Origin: Hemiscyllium ocellatum
Lineage: Eukaryota
NCBI RefSeq assembly: GCF_020745735.1
Contig: NC_083433.1
Coordinates: 12,907,363-12,971,362 of the forward strand
DNA: 64,000 nucleotides
Reading direction: 5' to 3'
Under the pieces are notes generated by a model. It was not told the DNA's origin and searched no databases. It saw only the letters and a program-made list of their open reading frames with translations. Of the stretch, positions 57,263 through 64,000 are shown piece by piece. The position numbers and the translations under genes were made by a program. Positions within the stretch are counted from its first letter, which is position 1; the number at the start of each line of letters is the position of its first letter.

Positions 57263-57586
57263 AATCATGGAATTTCTACAATGTGGAAGCAGGCCATTTG
57301 GCCCATCAACTTCACATGGACACTACAAAAAGCATCCCAACCCAGGCCCACCTTATCCCTGTAAGCCCCACTCCCCATGGCCAACTCAACACATCCCTGG
57401 ACACAATAGACAATCCAGCTAGCCTGCACATCTTTGGACTGTGGAAAGAAACCGAAGCACCCAGAGGAAGCCTATGCAATCATTGGACAATGTGCAAACT
57501 CCATGCCCGGGGGGGGGTTTGGAATTGAACCTGGGTCTCTGGCACTGTGAGGCAGCAGTGCTAACCACTGAGGCATTGTGTCACCC
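57263..57586 (-). mobile_element. HE1/V-SINE
   Basis: ctgcacatctttggactgtgg...ctgtgaggcagcagtgctaaccactg. Confidence 0.85.
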
Positions 57587-57923
57587 TAATTCAACCTATA
57601 AAATCCAAAATTTTTTGAAAAAAGTGCATGCCTCATAAAAGCCTATTTGAATCATTGATGTCCTTTAGGGAAGGAAATCTTCCATCCTTAAACAGCCTAG
57701 CCTACATGTGCCTTCGGATCCATAGCCGTGCAGTTGACCATTAGCTTGGCTGAACAAATGGGTGGGTAACAAATGTCAACCTTGCCAGTGATGACCATAT
57801 AATGAATGAAAAAAAAATGTTTTCTCTAAGTTCTCCAATCCTGTGTTCTGTTTCGCTAATTAAACCTTTTTGGAAATTTAAAAATCACATAACAACACGT
57901 TATAGACCAACAGGTTTAACTGG

Positions 57924-57964
57924 AAGCACTAGCTTTCAGAGTGCTGCTCCTTCTTCAGGTGCTT
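57924..57964 (-). ncRNA. Second-family minimal hammerhead ribozyme motif (within a repeat at ~57880..57965)
   Basis: Minus strand reads AAGCAC-CUGAAGA-A-GGAG-CAGCA-CUCU-GAAAGCUA-GUGCUU: 6-bp stem I, intact core, palindromic AGCU stem III. Confidence 0.78.
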
Positions 57965-58284
57965 GTCATCATGACTATCATCGACATCGTTTTGGAAATA
58001 TTATTTCTCCTTCTATTTCCTCTTAACACACTCCGTTATTCTAATTCCTTCAAATATCCAGAATGTCTTCCTTTTTTCTTAACTTTGTATTAGAGTCAAT
58101 ACTGTTTGAAATTCCATTAATTTCAAATGAATTCAAACTTTTAAACTCTGTTTTGGAGCAATAGTGTACGGTATTCTTCCAATAAAACTTTTAATTCTGT
58201 TAACTAGTGAAATAGTATTGTGTTAATTCTTTCATATTGTATTGAATAGCAATTCTGTATCTCTGCACTGATTGCTGGGATGGG

Positions 58285-58940
58285 CTGGGGGTGAGCTGAG
58301 TGTAGGAGGGAGGCGTGTGGGAGGAAGGATGTGTGTGAGGGGAGTGGGATGTGGGGGTGAGGGTGTGTGTGGGAGAGGAGGGTGTGGGTGAGGTGTGTTT
58401 GGGGGAGGGGGAGTGTGGGGGAGGGCTGTGTGGGAGGCAAGGGGTGTGGATGGGGAGAGGGGTCTTTGTGGGGGAGGGGGGATTGGGATGTGTAGGATGA
58501 GGGGGACAGTGGGGGATGACTGTGTGTGGGGGAGAGGGTGTGGGTGTATGGAGGGGCAGTGTGGGGGAGGAGTGTGTGGGGGGGGGAGAGGGGAATGTGG
58601 GGGAGGTGATGTGTGGGAGGAGGGGTTGGGGAAGACGGTATATGGGGTTGGGGGTTGTGTGTGGGAGGAGGGGAGTGTGTGGGGAGGGGGTTGTGGGTGG
58701 GGGGAGTCAGTGTGTAGAGGAGGGGTGAGGGAGGTGGTCTGGGTAGGGGAGGTGGTGTGTGGGTTAGTGAGGTGTGTAGGGAGAAGGGGTGTAAGAGGAG
58801 GGGGTGTGGGGAAAGGGGGTGTAGGGGGGAATATGGGGGGATAGTGGGGGGGGATGGGGGTGTATAGGCAGAGGGGGGTATAAGGACAGGGGCTGTGGGG
58901 GGCATATGGGGGGGAATGTGGTTGGGGAGGGATGTGTGTA
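58285..58940. repeat. G-rich (G/T/A) low-complexity tract
   Basis: Dense G3-G8 runs. Produces spurious Pro/His/Thr-rich ORFs. Confidence 0.92.
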
Positions 58941-59347
58941 GAAGTGTTCCTGCACTTTTTAAAAAGCAAAAAGTGTCAGTTCTACCTTGGAGGATTTTCC
59001 CAACCATTTCAGACAAGTTATCCCACGATTGACCTCTCCAATATTGCAGCCCCTGTCTAAGTTATTTCTCTAGGTTTGACTTTATCCCTTGCAGCTCTGC
59101 CTTGTGGAGCCGATTTGCGATGGCAGTTTGTTCTGAGAACTTACATTTTCCTTCCGGCGTGGTCTTCACGTTATTTTTGTAAACTTCTTTCCTGCTTCTC
59201 TCAGTGACCTCTATCTTTAAATCAAGAGCCTTCTGTCACTCTCTACACAGACTGCATCTCGAAGGCATTTGCCTCCTCACAGTGTGCTAGCTCTGACTCT
59301 TTTCCGACCCCACACGGCTGGTCCTGGCCCCGAAGTGGAACTCTCCT

Positions 59348-59882
59348 TATAAGTTATGGGAGCAGAATTAGGCCATTCGGCCCATCGAGACCACTGTGCC
59401 ATTCGATCATGGCTGATCAGCTCCTCAATCCCATTTTCCTGTCTTCTCCTGATAACCCTTCAACTCATTAAAAATCTGTCTAACTCCTCCTTTAAATTTA
59501 CTCACTGTTCCAGCATCCACCACACTTTGGGGTCGTGACTTCCATAGATACAAAATCCTTTGGGAGAAGTAGTTTCTCCTCAACACTGTTTTAAATTCGC
59601 TACCCCTTATCCTAAGACTGTGTCCTCTCCTCTTAGAATGCCCCACAAGAGGAAGCATCCATTCCAGATCTATTTTATTCACACCTTTCATCATCTTGAA
59701 TACCTCAATTAGATCTCCTCTCATTCTTCCAAATTCCAGAGAGTATGGGCCTAAACTGTTCAATCTCTCTTCACACGACAAACCCCTCATCTCTGGGATC
59801 TAGTGAACCTCCCCTGAACTGTCTCCAATGCCACTACATCGTTCCTCAATAGGAGACCAAAACTGTGCACAATATTCCCGGT
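59348..59882 (-). mobile_element. CR1-type LINE 3' fragment
   Basis: RGLSCEERLNSLG.YSLEF.RMRGDLIEVFKMM...RGHSLRIRG. Confidence 0.88.
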
Positions 59883-60263
59883 GCACTGGAGTGCTGTGTT
59901 GGCTCTGCTATTGCTCCCACAACTCCAGCTGACTATCTGTGACTTCTTAAGGCAACAATGTTCTCAAAGTGATAACACCTTCAGCTCTTTTCTTCAGGGT
60001 TGAATGGAACTTGAATCCACACCATTGCTCAGCTTCTGGCTACCAGCCACTGGTGGCTTGTGTTAGGGATGGTTTGTATACTGGGCCATTGCATACTGGT
60101 TCTAATTATCAGTGACAGAGGATAGACCATCAGTTAGTCCTGACCAGGAGAGGCACCAATATTACGTAAGTAGGCAAAGTTTACATATTTTCCTAACCAA
60201 GTGTTCAGAGATGTTATTACAGTTGTGGAGCAAGTGGGACTTGAACCAAGTCTCCTGATCTAG

Positions 60264-60467
60264 TGTTGAAAAATGTGATGCTGGAAAAACACAGCAGGCC
60301 AGGCAGCATCCGAGGAGCAGGAGAATCGACGTTTCAGGCATGAGCCTGAAGAAGGGCTTATGCCTGAAACGTCGATTCTCCTCCTCCTCGGATGCTGCCT
60401 GGCCTGCTGTGTTTTTCCAGCATCACATTTTTCAACTCTGGTCTCCAGCATCTGCAGTCCTCACTTC
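60264..60467 (+). mobile_element. Fold-back Penelope terminal-repeat mini-element with hammerhead core (~60345..60376)
   Basis: 12-bp TSD ctcctgatctag (60252..60263, 60468..60479). Inverted arms of ~75 bp. Core CTGAAGAagggcttatgcctGAAACGTC. Confidence 0.87.
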
Positions 60468-60629
60468 CTCCTGATCTAGAGGTAGAGGCACTACCACTGT
60501 AACGCAAGTTCTCCTTTAGGTACAATTAGACATAGCTTGAACTATCAGGAGCAAGGTATGTCACATTTGACGCATGTGGAAGACTTTCTTCAGCAAAGCC
60601 TGTGCAACACCTTCAAGGGGCAAGAGCGG

Positions 60630-61045
60630 GTGAAGACTAGGGGTCTGCACTCGATGGAGTTTAGAAGGGTGGTGGTGGTGGATGGCAGTTGATTGGAACT
60701 TACAGAATACTGAGAGGCCTGGACAGAGAGAACGTGGAGAAGATGTTTCCACTCGAGGGAGAGACGAGGACCCAAGGGCACAGTCTCAGAGTGAAGGGAA
60801 TGACCCTTTAGAATGAAGTGAGGAGGAATTTCTTCAACCAGAGGGTGGTGAATCTGTGGAAAGCTTTGCTACAGAAGGCTGTGGAGGCCAAGGCATTGAG
60901 TGTATTTAAGACAAAGTTAGATTCTTGATTAATAAGGGGATCAATGTTATGGGGAGAAGGCAGGAGAATGGGTTTTGAGAAAGCATGATCAAATGGTGGA
61001 ACAGACTCAATGGGCTGAATGGCCTAATACTGCTCCTATATCTGA
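60630..61045 (+). mobile_element. CR1-type LINE 3' fragment
   Basis: gggcacagtctcagagtgaaggg...gaggaggaatttcttcaaccagagggtggtgaatctgtgga. Confidence 0.82.
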
Positions 61046-61129
61046 TGATTGGACTATGGTCTTCTCAGGTTGGGTGAAGTGAATGGAGTTTCAACATGAA
61101 TTCCACCAAAACTATTATCTCATACAATG

Positions 61130-61740
61130 ACCAGAGTTGGGAAGTCATTCTGCGGCTGTACAGGACATTGGTTAGGCCACTGTTGGAATATTGCATATAA
61201 TTCTGGTCTCCTTCCTATTGGAAAGATGTGGTGAAACTTAAAAGGATTCAGAAAAGATTTACAAGGATGTTGCCAGGGTTGGAGGATTTGAGCTATAGGG
61301 AGAGGCTGAATAGGCTGGGGCTGTTTTCCCTGGAGCGTCGGAGGCTGAGGGGTGACCTTTTATAGGGTTACAAAATTATGAGGGGCATAGCTAGGGTAAA
61401 TAGGCAAAGTCTTTTCCCTGGGATGGGGGAGTCCGGAACTAGAGGGCATTGGTTTAGGGTGAGAGGGGAAAAATACAAAAGAGACCTAAGGGGCAACCTT
61501 TTCACACAGAGGGTGGTACGTGTATGGAATAAGCTGCCAGAGGAAGTGGTGGAGGCTGGTACAATTGCAACATTTAAGAGGCATTTGGATGGATATATGA
61601 ATAGGAAGGGTTTGGAGGGATACGGGCCAGGTGCTGGCAGGTGGGACTAGATTGGGTTGGGATATCTGGTCGGCATGGACGGGTTGGACCGAAGGGTCTG
61701 TTTCTGTGCTGTACATCTCTATGACTCTCTGACTCTATGA
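61130..61740 (+). mobile_element. CR1-type LINE 3' end
   Basis: GESGTRGHWFRVRGEKYKRDLRGNLFTQRVVRVWNKLPEEVVEAG with a (ctctatga)n tail. Confidence 0.92.
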
Positions 61741-62419
61741 CCAGGATTTAAAGAAACTTCGTGTCAGCAGCGGACTGATTCAAGAGATGATTCTGATTGA
61801 CAAAGCTCCTTTGAAAGATTTGTCTCTTCCCTGACTTGGCATTAATTGGGAGAGATGGACACGCATGCCTGATTTTTACTGCATGCTCAATAAAGACTGA
61901 GGGATAGTCACCAATTAGATCGCTCTGAAGCCACAGAGATGAGAGTCAAGAGGAAGTCACAGAGGTCTACTTTAAGATATTGCTGATGCTAAAACCTCAT
62001 CTTTCACTATAGCCTCTTAGACTCAACACTGTATTCAACAATTTTAGATCCTAACCCCGCCCCCCCATTTTATTTCATCTTTTTTCTCTTTGTTGCTGTC
62101 GTATTTCTCTCTCATTTTTCTGTCTCTCTCATTTCCTCTGCCTCAGAATTTAGAATTAGGTTTCATTGTTCATGTGGACTCAAGTACAAGGAGTGCAGTG
62201 AAATGTGTACAATGCCACCCCGCACGGCACTATCTTATGTAGAAAGTACCTACTTACAAATCTTAGTTACTAAAATAGATTAGTTGCAAAAGTAGAGAAA
62301 TAAAGGAAAATTCTGAAAGTTCTGCATTACATTTCTTCACTCGGTGAACACAGGAGGTTGGGTCGTTAAATATTGGCAGGCTTGAGTTCAGACTCCCACA
62401 GTGCAAGTGGGAGGTTAAG

Positions 62420-62565
62420 GTGGAATGGCCATGCAAAATTGCCCTAGAGTGTCCATGGGAATATAGGTTAGCTGAATTAGCCATGGGAAATGTAGGGTTA
62501 CAGGATAGGACAGGGGAATGGGTCTTCGCTGGACGCTCTTCGGTGGGTTGATGTGGATTCAATGG
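62420..62565 (+). mobile_element. Partial HE1/V-SINE
   Basis: ggccatgcaaaattgccc...ggccatgggaaatgtagggttacag. Confidence 0.65.
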
Positions 62566-63134
62566 GAAGAAATGAAGAAATAAAGGTAAAAGAAAAAGAA
62601 AGATGGTGTCCATTTGGAGCCCTGCCATTTACACCACTCTAGACACACCTTTTAGTTCTTGCTCTCACGTTTGACACATTGAGCATTACCTCCATCCACT
62701 TTCAGGCTTTGCTTTTGTGTGTTGCTGTTTATTTCATGGTCTGCCCAGGGTCGAGACCCATGCACCTTGTTAGGAACCTTCCCAGGAAAGGGCAGGGTTG
62801 CCTCTTTAACTCCATCCCTGCCTATGGGGGATGTTTCCATGCCTGAAAATGAGCACATTCCTCTTTTGGAGATGCCTGGGACTGAGGATAGTTTACATCC
62901 CAGAATAATACAGGATGGAAGGAGGACATTCGCCCCTTGAGCCTACTTTTTAATTCAAAATTCAGCTCCGTGCTGCTTTGCCTAATCTTTCTACAGTCAT
63001 GGCAATATAAGAAACAGGAGCAGTAGGCCATTTAGCTTCTTGAATCTGTTCCAGCTGTCAAGAAAATATGGCAGATCCAATTGTGAACTTGCGTGATGTC
63101 ATCTGTATCCCAGGGCACCCTTACCGGAGAATTG

Positions 63135-63345
63135 TAGAAGTCCTACAGTGCGGAAGCAGGCCATTTGGCCCATTGAATCCACGTTGACCCTCTGAAGAAC
63201 ATCCCAGCCAGACCCACTCCCCTGTCCTATCCCGGTAACCCTGCATTTCCCATGACTAATTCAGCTAACCTACACACCCGTAGATACTATGGGCAATTTA
63301 GCATGGTTAGTCCATCCTAACCTGCACAGCTTTGGACTGTGGGAG
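63135..63345 (-). mobile_element. Partial HE1/V-SINE
   Basis: cctacagtgcggaagcaggccatttggccc...gggcaatttagcatgg...ctttggactgtggga. Confidence 0.8.
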
Positions 63346-64000
63346 TCTTAGCTCAGTATTTAACAACCCAACCTCCAGTGTTCACCAGGTGAACGAATGA
63401 TCCTCACAGACCATGATGACTGCTGTACTTGTCCTACCTTGTCTAAACCTTTGCTCGGAGCCCCACTAAAGATGTTACCTAGTAGAATGATGAAACGTCT
63501 GGAAATGAACCTTCCAGCTCAGCGAGCAAACCTACATCCAGAACCTCAACCTGAGCTACAAATCTTCTCAAAACTGGCTTGTCTAAACCTGTCTCAATCT
63601 CATCCGCCCCAATCAAATTTTCCCCTCAATCTCCTTTGCTCCGTGCGGAGCAAGCCCCACTCTCTCCAGCCCAACCCTTGGGGTTAAACTCCTGCAACCC
63701 TGTACCCGTTCTGCTGAACTCCCTTCTCTACACTTGGAGTTAAATAGCACCCGACCGTGCTCTGAGCCAGCCTCTGTAAAGTCCCTAGCCACAGTGCTGA
63801 CGTTTCTGCAGTCCACAATTAGCTCCATTCAAAGATTTATGGTAATTGTTGCAAACAAAAGTGTCTTGCGCCTGAACAGCTCAGGAGGAAGTGATTGTGA
63901 TCAGAGAGCTGAGGGTCAGTGCACATTCGAATGCAAGACTGGAGATACTGAAACCCACTTGTCTCATCAGGGGCTAGAGTCATTCGGGGCCAGTCCCCAC

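Noticed and set aside
58204-59016. 270-aa and 245-aa Pro/His/Thr-rich ORFs
   Set aside because: Translations of a low-complexity G-rich tract.

Overview
Vertebrate genomic DNA, most likely a shark. This is inferred from HE1/V-SINE-type tRNA-derived SINEs together with CR1, Tx1-like, Rex1 and Penelope retroelements. Bases 1-~36790 form a tandem array of ~10 kb units (unit starts at about 1, 10022, 19920 and 29939). The window holds four intact minus-strand, 4-exon ferritin genes (176 aa; coding exons 102/147/126/156 nt) plus the promoter of a fifth copy whose exons lie left of the window. The proteins keep E27, Y34, H65 and E107 but carry the L-chain-type K62 and E141 (human H-chain numbering). 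No canonical IRE is visible between the TATA box and the ATG. The fourth gene has array-like exons but a diverged intron 1 and promoter, and its intron 1 carries a young 5'-truncated Penelope-like element (open RT + GIY-YIG frame, 9-bp TSD). The main non-obvious signal is a minimal type I hammerhead ribozyme motif (CUGAUGA...GAAACGUC) in that element's 3' terminal repeat. The same motif is spread across the window as short, often fold-back, TSD-flanked mini-elements, and two other hammerhead-like families also occur. Bases ~41100-64000 are mostly retroelement debris and G-rich tracts, with a few low-confidence candidate exons. All calls were made by eye, without alignments or database searches.
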